A stretch of 64,000 bases of DNA, taken from NCBI GenBank assembly GCA_965279525.1, contig CBDIIB010000004.1, positions 1,024,001-1,088,000 on the forward strand, written 5' to 3'. This document shows, piece after piece, positions 1 to 15,213 of the stretch; the stretch's first letter is position 1; each line of letters begins with the position of its first letter. The position numbers and the translations under genes were made by a program. The DNA comes from Tagaea sp. (GTDB taxonomy: Bacteria > Pseudomonadota > Alphaproteobacteria > CACIAM-22H2). A model generated the notes under the pieces. The model saw nothing but the letters and a program-made list of their open reading frames with translations, was not told where the DNA came from and searched no databases.

Positions 1-620
1 GTGCGGCGCAGCGTTTCCTCGATCCGGTCGACCGACGTCTCGTGCGAGAAATGCGCGACGTACTTGCCGTCCGGCCCCATCAGATAGATGAGCGACGTGT
101 GGTCGACGAGATAGTCGGCCGAATCCTTCGGCGTCGCCTTGCGATAGAACACGCGGTACGCGCGCGCGGCGCGCGCGACCTGCTCGGGGCTGCCGGTCAG
201 GCCCATCAGCCGGTCGTCGATCGCCGTCACGTAGGCCTGCATCTGCTGCACCGTGTCGCGCTCGGGATCGACCGTGATGAAGACCGGCTGGACGCGCGCG
301 GCGAGTGTCGGTCCGACCCGGTCGAGCGCTTCGGAAATCGCGAGCAGTGCGGTCGGACACGCGTCCGGGCAATAGGTGAACCCGAAATAGATCAGCGAGA
401 ATTTTCCCTTGAGGTCGGCATCGGTGCGCGTGCGCCCCGTCTGGTCGACGAGTTCGAACGCGCCGCCGATTGCCGCCGTCGCGATGCCCGGCGGCGGTGC
501 GCCTGCATCCGACCAGAACTTGACGCCCCAGGCGGCACCCAGACCCAGGACCGCGCCGACCGCGAGCCAGCGGACGGTCCTGAGGACGGTCGAAGTCGGG
601 TTTGACGGCGGCGTGGACAT
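1..620 (-). CDS. SCO1/SenC family copper chaperone (3' end runs off window)
   Basis: Manual translation from ATG 620: N-terminal TM, GGAFELVDQTG, YFGFTYCPDACPT (CxxxC), YLVDHTSLIYLMGPDG. Absent from the ORF track because the stop lies outside the window. Confidence 0.93.
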   Translation of the reverse strand, partial: MSTPPSNPTSTVLRTVRWLAVGAVLGLGAAWGVKFWSDAGAPPPGIATAAIGGAFELVDQTGRTRTDADLKGKFSLIYFGFTYCPDACPTALLAISEALDRVGPTLAARVQPVFITVDPERDTVQQMQAYVTAIDDRLMGLTGSPEQVARAARAYRVFYRKATPKDSADYLVDHTSLIYLMGPDGKYVAHFSHETSVDRIEETLRR

Positions 621-632
621 CGGCGGCGGAAG

Positions 633-4976
<4,344 letters not shown>

Positions 4977-4986
4977 CGGCCGGCTG

Positions 4987-6429
4987 TCAGAGCAGCGAAC
5001 GGACGGCCGACGAGACGGCGACCGTCCCGTCGGCGGCATAGGCTTCGTGGTTCGCTTCGATGTCGGCCAGACGGTAGAGGTAGTTGACCATCAGGCCGGC
5101 GGACTGCTTGAGGCCGTTGGCCGACGTGTCGGCACGCCAGTTGACGCGCTCGATCCGCGCTCCGTTCGACAGGTGGAAATGCGCGACCGGATCCAGCGCC
5201 CGGCCGTCGGCGCGCTTGGCTTCCAGCAGGTAGCGCGCGCACAGGCGCGACAGGGGTGCCTTGAGCGCGTCGGCAAGGGCCGGCTCGGCAAGCCAGGCAC
5301 CGCTGGCGAGTGCCCGCTTGAGCTCGCCCTTGTTGGCAGCCACGGCTTTGCCGTCCCGCTTGGCGAGGGCCGCCGCCAGGACCTTGCGCTCGTTCGCCAG
5401 CAGCAGGCGCGGCATCCCTTCGCCGATGCGCGCGTCGAGCCAGCTGCGGAAACCCGGGATCGGCGACAGCGTGGCGAATGTCTTGAGGTTCGGGAACTCC
5501 GCGCTCAGCGTGCTCGCGACGCGCTTGATGAGGAAACCGCCGAAGCTGATGCCGGCAAGGCCGCGCTGCGCGTTGGTGATCGAATAGAAGATCGCGGTGT
5601 CGGCCGCGTTCGGGTCGCCCAGCGGCGCCTTGTCGTCGAGCAGGTCGTGGACGTTGTCGGCAAGCCCGTTGACCAGCGCCACCTCGACGAAGATCAGCGG
5701 CTCGAGCGGCATGCGCGGATGGAAGAACGCGAAATAGCGCCGGTCGCTGTCGAGGCGGTTCTTGAGATCGGCCCAGTCGCGCACGGCGTGCACGGCCTCG
5801 TAGGCCGCGAGCCGTTCGAGCAGGGCCGCAGGGCTCTCCCAGGTGATGCGCTCGAGTTCGAGGAAACCCAGATCGAACCACGCGACGAACAGTTCGCGCA
5901 AATCCTCGGCCAGTGCGGCGAAGTGCGGATCTTCCTTCGACCACGACAACAGCTCGCTGCGCCGGTCGATCAGGAACTTGACGCCGTCGGCAAGGGCCGT
6001 GAACTGGGCGAGCAGCCGGCCGCGCGGCGAATCCAATGCCAGACGCAGCCCGCGCTCGGCCTTGCCGACCGCTTTCGCCTCGCCGCCTTCCCAGGCGGCG
6101 ATGGCCGCCTTCGCCGCGTTGATCGCCGCCGCGCGGTCGATGTCGATCTCCTCGGCCAGCAGGCGCATGAAGCGCTTGCGCCCCGCCACCGACAGGCCGA
6201 GATAGAGCCGGCCGAGTTCGGCGGCACGGGCACGCGCACTCGCCTCGCCGCCGCGGCCTTCGAGGCAGTCCGCAAGGCGCGCGCGCAGGTCCGGCAGGTC
6301 GCCGTCGGCAAGGTCCGGATTGGCGCCCTTGGGCGCCCCGCCGACGACGGCGCGCGCACCGCTCGACAGCCCGCGCCACGCCTCTTTCAGGCGCGCGACA
6401 AATCTCTGACCTGACTTGGTGTCCGACAT
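4987..6429 (-). CDS. Malonyl-CoA decarboxylase
   Basis: ITWESPA..LE...YEAVH, FYSITNAQRGLAGISFG, FATLSPIPGF, DPVAHFHLSNGA, GLMVNYLY. Confidence 0.93.
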   Translation of the reverse strand: MSDTKSGQRFVARLKEAWRGLSSGARAVVGGAPKGANPDLADGDLPDLRARLADCLEGRGGEASARARAAELGRLYLGLSVAGRKRFMRLLAEEIDIDRAAAINAAKAAIAAWEGGEAKAVGKAERGLRLALDSPRGRLLAQFTALADGVKFLIDRRSELLSWSKEDPHFAALAEDLRELFVAWFDLGFLELERITWESPAALLERLAAYEAVHAVRDWADLKNRLDSDRRYFAFFHPRMPLEPLIFVEVALVNGLADNVHDLLDDKAPLGDPNAADTAIFYSITNAQRGLAGISFGGFLIKRVASTLSAEFPNLKTFATLSPIPGFRSWLDARIGEGMPRLLLANERKVLAAALAKRDGKAVAANKGELKRALASGAWLAEPALADALKAPLSRLCARYLLEAKRADGRALDPVAHFHLSNGARIERVNWRADTSANGLKQSAGLMVNYLYRLADIEANHEAYAADGTVAVSSAVRSLL

Positions 6430-6484
6430 GGCGGGGACGATCTTCGCGCGCGCGGACACGCTCGGCAAGACCCGAACGGAAGCG

Positions 6485-6700
6485 TCAGTTCAGGCGGCCG
6501 GGCGGCGGCGGAAGGTCGGCGCTTGCGCGCAGCACGCTTTTGATTTCGTCCCACTCGCGATCCGGAAGATCAGAAAGCAGTTCCTTGGCCGCCCGCCAGT
6601 CGAAGGCGGTGCCGGACTGGACGGCACGCGCGAGCGCGCGGCACGCGGTGTGTTGTCCGCCAAGAACGGTCTGCGCCGCGCGAAGGAGCGGATGTTCCAT
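6485..6700 (-). CDS. Small hypothetical protein (71 aa)
   Basis: ORF MEHPLLRAAQ..GRLN fills the gap between co-oriented genes; plausible composition, no recognised motif. Confidence 0.4.
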   Translation of the reverse strand: MEHPLLRAAQTVLGGQHTACRALARAVQSGTAFDWRAAKELLSDLPDREWDEIKSVLRASADLPPPPGRLN

Positions 6701-6826
6701 CGGACGACGTTGGGCCTGTGCTGCGCGATCCACAAGGTCAATCGAGCGTGCCGCAACGGGCATCAGCGATGCGCCCGACGCGGCTCGCGGCCACGCGATA
6801 CCGTCAGACGGTATCTTGAGATGGTC

Positions 6827-8299
6827 CTACGGTCCGGGCGCACGAAAAATTGCCGTGAGTACGGGCGGGAGCTGCTCGGGAATATCGTCGGCGATGAGTC
6901 CGGGGCCGAATCGCGTCGCGGCCGCACCGTGAAGGAAGGCAGCGGCGCATGTCGCCTCGAACGGCGGCATCGACTGCGCGACGAGCCCGGCGATCAGGCC
7001 CGCGAGCACGTCGCCGGCACCCGCCGTCGCAAGCCAGGGCGGCGCGTTCGAGTTGATGGCCGCACGCCCGTCAGGATGCGCGATGACCGTGTCCGACCCT
7101 TTGAGCAACACGACCGCCTTGGCGCGGCGTGCCGCCAGCCGCGCGCGGACGAGCCGGTCGCCCTCGATGTCGGGGAACAGGCGCTTGAACTCGCCGTCAT
7201 GCGGCGTCAGCACGCAGCCCGCGTTCAGGCGCGCGAAAAGATCGGATGGATCTTCGGCGAAGACGGTCAGCGCGTCGGCATCGAGCACGCATGCCTTGCG
7301 CGCGGCGAGTGCTGCCCGCACGCGCGCGGCACAGGTCGCGTCGGCGCCGTTGCCCGGCCCCAGCAGCACGACATTGCGCCGCCTGTCGTCGACCAGTGCC
7401 GCGAATTCGGCGAGCGAGGACATCGGCTGCACCATCAAGCAGGCGAGATCGGCGGCATAGATCGGGACGGCGGCCGGATCGGCGGCGATGGTGACGAGTC
7501 CGGCCCCGACGCGCGCCGCGGCGCGTGCGGCAAGGCGTGCTGCACCGGTCAGCGTCGCGCCACCGACGACGAGCACATGCCCGCGCGCGTATTTGTGTCC
7601 GTCCAACGTCGGGGCCGGATACTGCGTGCGCCACAGGTCGGGCGAATTGGCGAAACAGGCCGGGCCGATCGCCGCGAGTGCTGTTTCCGGAATGCCGATA
7701 TCGGCGACGACCGTCTCGCCGCACAGGGCGCGGCCGGGCAGCAGCAGATGGCCGGGCTTGCGCCGGAAGAACGTGACCGTCAGGCACGCGCGGGCCGCAC
7801 CGCCGAGGACCGCACCGCTGTCGCCCGAGACGCCGCTGGGCATGTCGACCGCGACGACGCGCTTGCCGGCCATCGCCTCGACGAGACGGAGTGCCGCCCC
7901 GTCGATCGGGCGCGAAAGGCCGGCGCCGAAAAGCGCATCGACGACAAGCGATGCGCCGTCGAGCAGTGCGGGTTCGGCCGGCTCGACGGGTCCCGTCCAT
8001 TGCAGCGCCATGGCACCGGCATCGCCGGCGAGCGTTTCGGGCAGACCGAGCAGGCCCGCGCGCACCGGCCAGCCGGCATCGACGAGATGGCGTGCCACGA
8101 CGAAGCCGTCGCCGCCATTGTTGCCCGGGCCGCACAGGACGACGACGGGCCCGCGCGCGAAGCGTGCGACGATCTCGCGCGCGACGGCCGCACCGGCGGC
8201 CTCCATCAGCCGCAAGCCCGGCACGCCGGCCGCGATCGCGTACCGGTCGGCCGCCGCCATCTCGGCGCATGTAAGGAGTGCGTCATCCGTCGCCTGCAT
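6827..8299 (-). CDS. nnr: Bifunctional NAD(P)H-hydrate epimerase/dehydratase (YjeF/Nnr)
   Basis: LMEAAG, LCGPGNNGGDG, VDALFGAG, HKYARG, LDADAL, LTPHDGEF, LATAGAGDVLAG. Confidence 0.93.
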   Translation of the reverse strand: MQATDDALLTCAEMAAADRYAIAAGVPGLRLMEAAGAAVAREIVARFARGPVVVLCGPGNNGGDGFVVARHLVDAGWPVRAGLLGLPETLAGDAGAMALQWTGPVEPAEPALLDGASLVVDALFGAGLSRPIDGAALRLVEAMAGKRVVAVDMPSGVSGDSGAVLGGAARACLTVTFFRRKPGHLLLPGRALCGETVVADIGIPETALAAIGPACFANSPDLWRTQYPAPTLDGHKYARGHVLVVGGATLTGAARLAARAAARVGAGLVTIAADPAAVPIYAADLACLMVQPMSSLAEFAALVDDRRRNVVLLGPGNGADATCAARVRAALAARKACVLDADALTVFAEDPSDLFARLNAGCVLTPHDGEFKRLFPDIEGDRLVRARLAARRAKAVVLLKGSDTVIAHPDGRAAINSNAPPWLATAGAGDVLAGLIAGLVAQSMPPFEATCAAAFLHGAAATRFGPGLIADDIPEQLPPVLTAIFRAPGP

Positions 8300-8340
8300 C
8301 ACCGCAATCATGCCACATTGGCCGGGCAAACCGGGGGACG

Positions 8341-9018
8341 ATGATCGACCGCAGACAATTCCTTGCGTGCGCCGCCGCACTGGCCGCCGGCCCTGCCCGC
8401 GCGGCCGAGGCGGTCGACGTCGCCCTCGTGCTCGCGGTCGACTCCTCGACATCCGTCAGCATGGACGAGTTCTACCTGCAGATGGAGGGCTACGCCGCCG
8501 CCATGCGCCACCCTGCCCTTGCCGAGGCGATCGGTGCCGGGCGGATCGGGGCGGTCGGCGTGCTGTTCTTCGAATTCGCCGACGCCAAGACCCATGTCGT
8601 CAATCTCCCCTGGCGGCGCCTGTCGCGCGGCGAGGATCTCGAAGCTTATGCGAAGGAACTCGAGATGGCCCCGCGCCTCGTCGTCGGCGGCACGACCGCC
8701 ATCGGGGACGCGATCGATTTCGGGCATGCGGCACTCGACGATTGTCCCTACGCCGCCGGCCGGCGCGTGATCGACGTTTCCGGCGACGGTGCTTCGAATG
8801 CCGGGCGGGCCGTCGGTGCCGCGCGCGCCGACGCCGTGGGCCTCGGCATCACGATCAACGGCCTGCCGATCCTCAACGAGGAACCGGATCTCGATGCCTA
8901 TTACCGCGCGTTCGTGATCGGCGGGACCGGTGCCTTCTGCGTGCCGGCGCGCGACTACCGCGATTTCCGCGAGGCGATCTGCGACAAGCTGGTGCGCGAG
9001 ATCCGCTTCGTCGCCTAG
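8341..9018 (+). CDS. DUF1194 (vWA-like) protein with Tat signal
   Basis: MIDRRQFL twin-arginine signal; LVLAVDSSTSV, TAIGDAI, RRVIDVSGDG, ITINGLPI. Confidence 0.85.
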   Translation: MIDRRQFLACAAALAAGPARAAEAVDVALVLAVDSSTSVSMDEFYLQMEGYAAAMRHPALAEAIGAGRIGAVGVLFFEFADAKTHVVNLPWRRLSRGEDLEAYAKELEMAPRLVVGGTTAIGDAIDFGHAALDDCPYAAGRRVIDVSGDGASNAGRAVGAARADAVGLGITINGLPILNEEPDLDAYYRAFVIGGTGAFCVPARDYRDFREAICDKLVREIRFVA

Positions 9019-10343
9019 CGCCCCAGCGCCCCGCGGAAATCGGTCCCCTCGATGATCGCATCGCGAAGGTCCGCACCGGTGAGATCGGCGTCGGTGAGCT
9101 TCGCGTCGGTGAGGTCGGCGCCGCGCAGGTCGGCCCCCCGCAGCATCGACTCCGAAAGATCGGCCTCGTTCAGCTTCGCCCCGCGCAGGTCGGCGCGATG
9201 GAGCTGCGCGCCGCGCATGCGCGCCGGCCACCGTCCCGTCGCCGTCGTCGGCAGCGGCATCGGCGAAAGATCGGCATTCGAGAAATCGGTGCCGTTGAGG
9301 ATGCATTTGTCGAGCGTCGCACCACGCAGATCGGCCCCGCCGAGTTCGGCCCCCGTCAGGTTCGCCCCCGTCATGTCGGTCATCTGAAACTTGGCGTCGG
9401 CGAATTTCGCCTCGATCAGCGTCGTGCGCTTGAGGCGTGCCGCCGAAAGGTTCACGGCGGGCGCGTCGAGCCCGGTCAGGTCGACGGCATCGAGGGTCGC
9501 CTGCTGGCCCTGCTGGCCCGCACTCTGGAGCCACAGGAAATGGCGTCGGAATATCTCGCCGATCTCCACGTCGAGGGATTCGATCGACTTGGGCATGATC
9601 GCCTTGGACAGGTCGACCTTCTCGAAATCCTTCTTGGTGAACTGGGCGGCCGTCAGGTCGGCCCCTTCGAGGTTCGTCTTGTAGAGGAAGGCGCCGGCGA
9701 GCACGGCGCCCTGCAGCAGGCAGTGCGACAGGTTCGTGTCGGTGAGGTCGGCCCCGCTCAGCACCACGCCCGACAGGTCGGAGTACGACAAGTCGGCGCC
9801 CGCGAGGTTGGCGTTGCGCATGATGCAGTTCGTGAGGTCGGTGCGCCGGCCGAAGGCGCGCGCGACCTTGGCCTCGGTCAGGTTGGCGCGCGCGAACGAC
9901 GCGTCGTCGATCTCCGCCGAGCGCTGCGTGGCCTTGGCGAAGTCGAAATTCCCGTTCTCGTCCGGCACGATGATGAAGCCGTCGCGCATGTCGGCCTGCT
10001 TCATCATGGCGCTTTCGAGATTGGCCCCGCGCATCGACACGCCGCGCAGGTCCGCGCGCGTCAGGTCGCAGCCCTTGAGGTTGGCGCGCGTGAGGTCGGC
10101 GCCGAAGAAGTTCGCGCGCTCGAGCTTGGCGCCGGCGAAGTTCGCCTCGGCCAGCTTCGAGCCGACGAACTCGGCCTCGTTGAGCATGTTGGCGCCGAAC
10201 ACCAGCCGCTCGAGCGTGTGGAACGGCAGCGCCAGGCGCTTGCCGTTCGTCTGCTTGGCCAGCATCCGGCCGTGCGCGACGATGGCCTTGTCGAGATCGA
10301 GCTGGGCGACTTTGGGATAGGTGGGCGCTTTGGGCGGCGGCAT
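9015..10343 (-). CDS. Pentapeptide repeat protein (paralog A)
   Basis: Long A(D/N)LxX repeats in two blocks, each preceded by an H-x2-(W/M)-x-G-x-G-(K/Q) cap. Confidence 0.9.
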   Translation of the reverse strand: MPPPKAPTYPKVAQLDLDKAIVAHGRMLAKQTNGKRLALPFHTLERLVFGANMLNEAEFVGSKLAEANFAGAKLERANFFGADLTRANLKGCDLTRADLRGVSMRGANLESAMMKQADMRDGFIIVPDENGNFDFAKATQRSAEIDDASFARANLTEAKVARAFGRRTDLTNCIMRNANLAGADLSYSDLSGVVLSGADLTDTNLSHCLLQGAVLAGAFLYKTNLEGADLTAAQFTKKDFEKVDLSKAIMPKSIESLDVEIGEIFRRHFLWLQSAGQQGQQATLDAVDLTGLDAPAVNLSAARLKRTTLIEAKFADAKFQMTDMTGANLTGAELGGADLRGATLDKCILNGTDFSNADLSPMPLPTTATGRWPARMRGAQLHRADLRGAKLNEADLSESMLRGADLRGADLTDAKLTDADLTGADLRDAIIEGTDFRGALGR

Positions 10344-10390
10344 CGGGCAACACTCTACGCAATCGCAGGGGCTGCCGACAAATGAAGGGC

Positions 10391-10467
10391 TGGGGCGACC
10401 GACGGGGCTCGAACCCGCGACAACCCGGACCACAACCGGGTGCTCTACCAGCTGAGCTACGGCCGCC
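10391..10467 (-). tRNA. tRNA-His(GUG) with encoded G-1, C73 and CCA
   Basis: Reverse complement GGCGGCCGTAGCTCAGCTGGTAGAGCACCCGGTTGTGGTCCGGGTTGTCGCGGGTTCGAGCCCCGTCGGTCGCCCCA folds as a cloverleaf; anticodon GTG. Confidence 0.97.
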
Positions 10468-10603
10468 ACAGCCGGGGCGGGTTTTACACGCCCGCGCGGC
10501 CCCGGGCAAGCGGACTTGGCGCGTTGCGCATGGGGGGTGCCCGTGCTAACTCCGACACCGCGGTCGCGACCGGAATTGCGCCCGCGGCACCGGGGAGACG
10601 CCC

Positions 10604-11800
10604 ATGAATCTGGCACTGGCCGAGCGGATGAGCCGCCTTGGCACCGAAACCGCGTTCGAGGTCCTGGCCCGCGCCAAGGCGCTGGAAGCCAAGGGCAAGT
10701 CGATCGTCAGCCTCAGCATCGGCCAGCCCGATTTCCGCACGCCCGAGCATATCGTCGAGGCCGGCATCAAGGCGCTGCGCGACGGCCATCACGGCTATAC
10801 GCCGGCCAACGGCATCCTGCCGCTGCGCGAGGCGGTCGCCAAGGACATCCACCGCCGCCTCGGCGTCCAGATCGACCCCGGCCAGGTGCTCGTGGTGCCC
10901 GGCGGCAAGGTCACGATGTTCTTCGCCATCATGATGTTCGGCGAGCCCGGGGCCGAGATCATCTATCCGAACCCCGGCTTCCCGATCTACGAGAGCGTCA
11001 TCCGCTTCTCGGGTGCCACGGAAGTGCCGCTGCCTCTGTTGGAAAAGAACGGTTTCGCGTTCGACGCCGACGACGTGCTGTCGCGCTGCACCGAGCGCAC
11101 GCGGCTCATCATCCTCAATTCGCCCGCGAACCCCACCGGGGGCGTGACGCCAAAGGACCAGGTCGACAAGCTCGTGAAGGGTCTGGCGCGGTTTCCCAAG
11201 GCCGCGATCATGTCCGACGAGATCTACGGCCAGATGACCTACGACGGCCGCCCGCACGTCTCCTTGATGAACTACCCCGAGATCGCCGACCGCCTGATCC
11301 TGCTCGACGGCTGGTCGAAGACCTATGCGATGACCGGCTGGCGGCTGGGCTATTCGGTGTGGCCCAAATCGATCTTCGCGCATGCCGAGCGCCTGGCGAT
11401 CAACTGCCATAGCTGCGTCAACGCCTCGGCGCAGTTCGCCGGCATCGCCGCCCTCGAAGGGCCGCAGGATGCGGTCGCCACGATGATGAAGGCGTTCGAC
11501 GAGCGCCGGCGCGTGATCGTGGGCGAACTCAACCAGATCGCCGGATTCCGCTGCGTGGAACCGGGCGGTGCCTTCTACGCGTTCCCGAACATCGAGGGGA
11601 CCGGCTATTCAAGCCGCCAGATGGAGACGCTGCTGCTCGAGCAGGCCGGCGTGGCGGTGCTGTCGGGCACGGCCTTCGGCAAGCACGGCGACGGCTATCT
11701 GCGCTTTTCCTACGCCAACTCGGTCGAGAACATCCGGCTGGCCATGCAGCGCATCCGGACCACGCTGGCGGCCAATCCGGCGCCAAAAGCTGCACAATGA
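10604..11800 (+). CDS. PLP-dependent class I/II aminotransferase (aspartate aminotransferase-like)
   Basis: LSIGQPDF, NSPANPTG, SDEIY, DGWSKTYAMTGWRLG, GAFYAFP, YLRFSYA. Confidence 0.93.
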   Translation: MNLALAERMSRLGTETAFEVLARAKALEAKGKSIVSLSIGQPDFRTPEHIVEAGIKALRDGHHGYTPANGILPLREAVAKDIHRRLGVQIDPGQVLVVPGGKVTMFFAIMMFGEPGAEIIYPNPGFPIYESVIRFSGATEVPLPLLEKNGFAFDADDVLSRCTERTRLIILNSPANPTGGVTPKDQVDKLVKGLARFPKAAIMSDEIYGQMTYDGRPHVSLMNYPEIADRLILLDGWSKTYAMTGWRLGYSVWPKSIFAHAERLAINCHSCVNASAQFAGIAALEGPQDAVATMMKAFDERRRVIVGELNQIAGFRCVEPGGAFYAFPNIEGTGYSSRQMETLLLEQAGVAVLSGTAFGKHGDGYLRFSYANSVENIRLAMQRIRTTLAANPAPKAAQ

Positions 11801-11810
11801 ACGATCAAAA

Positions 11811-11827
11811 TGCACTATATTTGTGCA
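11811..11827. promoter_or_regulatory. NtrC binding site upstream of glnB-glnA
   Basis: TGCACTATATTTGTGCA matches TGCAC-N7-GTGCA. Confidence 0.85.
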
Positions 11828-11858
11828 GATTTCTGCCTTCCAGACGGGCGAATCCTGA

Positions 11859-12308
<450 letters not shown>

Positions 12309-12378
12309 TCGAACTCCCTTTCCCAGTTCCGAATTCAACCCACCCGTCAGTCAGCGGGCCAAACACAGGAAAAAGGCT

Positions 12379-13787
12379 ATGTCGGATCCCAAGACCGTAA
12401 TGAAGAAGATCAAGGACAACGGCTGCAAGTATGTCGATCTGCGGTTCACCGATCCGCGCGGCAAGCTGCAGCACCTCGCCCATGCGGTCGAGACGATCTC
12501 GGAAGAGACGTTCGAGGAAGGCCTCATGTTCGACGGTTCGTCGATCGCGGGCTGGAAGGCGATCAACGAGTCCGACATGACGCTGATCCCCGACCCGAAG
12601 TCGGCGGTGATGGATCCCTTCGCGGCCCAGCCGTCGATGACGATCATGTGCGACATCTACGAGCCGGGCACGGGCCAGCCCTATAACCGCGATCCGCGCG
12701 GCATCGCCAAGAAGGCCGAAGCCTACGTCAAGGAGACGGGCATCGGCGACACGGCGTTCTTCGGTCCCGAGATCGAGTTCTTCGTGTTCGACGACGTGCG
12801 CTTCAAGGTGTCGATGAACAAGACCTCGGTCGAGATCGACAGCGAGGAAGGCCCCTACGTCACCGACAAGAAGTATCCCGACGGCAACCTCGGCCACCGT
12901 CCGAAGATCAAGGGCGGCTACTTCCCCGTCCCGCCGGTCGACCAGTGCGCCGACCTGCGCGCCGAGATGCTGACGATCATGAAGACATGGGCCTCGACAT
13001 CGAGAAGCACCACCATGAAGTGGCGCCCTCGCAGCACGAGCTCGGCGCCAAGTTCACGACGATGGTGAACGCCGCCGACCAGTGCCAGATCTACAAGTAC
13101 GTCGTCCACAACGTGGCCGCCCAGTACGGCAAGACCGCGACGTTCATGCCCAAGCCCATCAAGGGCGACAACGGTTCGGGCATGCACGTGCACCAGTCGA
13201 TCTGGAAGAAGGGCAAGCCGCTCTTCGCCGGCAACGGCTACGCCGACCTCTCGGAAATGGCGCTGTTCTACATCGGCGGCATCATCAAGCACGCCAAGGC
13301 GATCAACGCGTTCACCAACGCGTCGACCAACTCGTACAAGCGCCTGATCCCGGGCTTCGAGGCCCCCGTGCTGCTCGCCTACTCGGCGCGCAACCGCTCG
13401 GCCTCGTGCCGCATCCCGTTCGGTGCGGGCCCCAAGGCCAAGCGCGTCGAAGTCCGCTTCCCCGACCCGTCGGCCAACCCGTATCTCGGCTTCGCCGCGA
13501 TGCTGATGGCCGGTCTCGATGGCATCAAGAACAAGATCCATCCGGGCGAAGCCATGGACAAGAACCTCTATGACCTGCCGCCGGCAGAGCTCAAGAAGGT
13601 CCCGACGGTGTGCGGCAGCCTTCGCGAAGCGCTGGGCGCACTCGACAAGGGCCGCAACTTCCTGAAGGCCGGCGGCGTGTTCACCGACGACTTCATCGAC
13701 AGCTACATGGAACTCAAGTGGGAAGAGGTGTACGCGTTCGAACACACCCCGCACCCGATCGAGTTCGAGATGTACTATTCGGTCTGA
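12379..13787 (+). CDS. glnA: Glutamine synthetase type I (1-nt deletion near 12984, probably an assembly error)
   Basis: FDGSSIAGW and [13 protein letters not shown] in one frame; [36 protein letters not shown] in the next; ATGAAGACATGG lacks one base of ATG AAG GAC ATG. Confidence 0.93.
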
Positions 13788-13807
13788 TCCGGCCGGAGAC
13801 GGCAGCG

Positions 13808-13839
13808 AAACGGCCCCGGAGCGATCCGGGGCCGTTTTT
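13808..13839 (+). terminator. Rho-independent terminator after glnA
   Basis: AAA CGGCCCCGGA-GCGA-TCCGGGGCCG TTTTT. Confidence 0.88.
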
Positions 13840-13952
13840 GCTTCTACCTGCTTTGCATCCGCCTGATGCAGATGACCCATGCAATCTCGGGCTAGGCGCG
13901 GACGGCATCAGACTGTATGTTTTCCGGTGAATTGGAGACAGTCGGACCCAGA

Positions 13953-15194
13953 ATGGACACGGCAGCCCGCCAACCCGAATTCGACGCGGCCCTGAGCGCG
14001 CATCTCGCCTATCTGATGGGCCGGAACGGCGGCAAGCGCATGGACATGCGCGGCTACGAGTTCGGCGCGGTCGACGGGCGCGGGCGCAACCTGTCGTGCG
14101 CGATCCTGGCTGCGGCCAATTTCGTCGGCGCGATCCTGCAGGACTGCGACCTGTCGATGGCCGACGTGTTCACGGCCGATTTCCGCCATGCCGACCTGTC
14201 CGGCGCCAATCTGCGGCGCATCGACGCGCGCGGCGTCAATTTCGACGGCGCCAAGATGCGCGAATGCGACCTGCGCGAGGGCGATTTCCGCCCGGGCCAG
14301 ACCATGTCGTTCGCCGACGGCAGCAAGAAGGGCAGCGAGCAGAGCGCCAGTTTCAAGGACGCCAATCTCGACAAGGTGCAGCTGAAGGGCGCCAATCTCG
14401 AGAAGGCGGACATGTCGGGTGCTTCGCTGCGCGGGGCCGGCCTCGAGGGCGTCGAACTTGGTGCCGCCAACCTCAAGAACGTCGATCTGACCGGCGCCAA
14501 TCTCGAGGGCGCGAAGCTCAAGGATGCCGTGCTCGACGGTGCCAAGCTGCGCGGTGCCGCGATGAAGGGTTGCGACCTGCGCGGTGCCCGCATGCGCGGC
14601 GTGGATCTCGACGGACTCGACCTCAAGACCGTGCAGATGGAGGGTGCGGCCTTCGATCCGCCCGACAAGCCGCCCGAGGAGAAGCCCAACGTCAAGCTGC
14701 TGCTCGACGACCACAAGCGCTGGGTCGAGACCGGCGGCGCCGTCGGTTCGCGCGCGGTGCTCGACGATCGCGATCTTTCCGGCATGGACCTGCGCGGCCT
14801 CGACCTGAGTGCGGCCTCGTTCAACCGCGCCAACCTGGCGCGCGCCGACCTCGGCCGCGCGCAGATGCGCCTCACCAGCCTGATGCAGGCGAACCTGACC
14901 GACGCCGATCTCACTGAAGCCGACCTGTGCGGTGCGGTGATGGTCGGTGCGATCCTGCGCCGCGCCGTGCTCGCCAAGGCGAAGATGACGCCGATCGACC
15001 TCAAGGACGCGTCGGGCAAGCCGTCGGGGCGCAAGTTCCCGACCAATCTCAGCAACGCGATCCTCTCGCACGCCAAGCTCGACGGAGCCGACATGCGCGG
15101 GGCCGTGCTGCGCGGGGCCGACATCACGCGCGCCAGTTTCGTCGAAGCGCAGGTCGAGGGCATCGACCTTTTCGGCGTGCGCAAGCTGAGCTAG
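13953..15194 (+). CDS. Pentapeptide repeat protein (paralog B)
   Basis: ANLxG/ADLxG repeats; two modules capped by AHLAYLMGRNGGKR and DHKRWVETGGAVGSR. Confidence 0.9.
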   Translation: MDTAARQPEFDAALSAHLAYLMGRNGGKRMDMRGYEFGAVDGRGRNLSCAILAAANFVGAILQDCDLSMADVFTADFRHADLSGANLRRIDARGVNFDGAKMRECDLREGDFRPGQTMSFADGSKKGSEQSASFKDANLDKVQLKGANLEKADMSGASLRGAGLEGVELGAANLKNVDLTGANLEGAKLKDAVLDGAKLRGAAMKGCDLRGARMRGVDLDGLDLKTVQMEGAAFDPPDKPPEEKPNVKLLLDDHKRWVETGGAVGSRAVLDDRDLSGMDLRGLDLSAASFNRANLARADLGRAQMRLTSLMQANLTDADLTEADLCGAVMVGAILRRAVLAKAKMTPIDLKDASGKPSGRKFPTNLSNAILSHAKLDGADMRGAVLRGADITRASFVEAQVEGIDLFGVRKLS

Positions 15195-15213
15195 CGCCGC
15201 CCCGCCCGTTTCC

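Noticed and set aside
10391-10467. tRNA-His as an integration site for an island
   Set aside because: No integrase nearby and no duplicated tRNA 3' end noticed in the window
12960-13000. Programmed frameshift or pseudogene in glnA
   Set aside because: No slippery heptamer; both halves and the promoter are intact; similar indels recur across the window, so an assembly error is more likely
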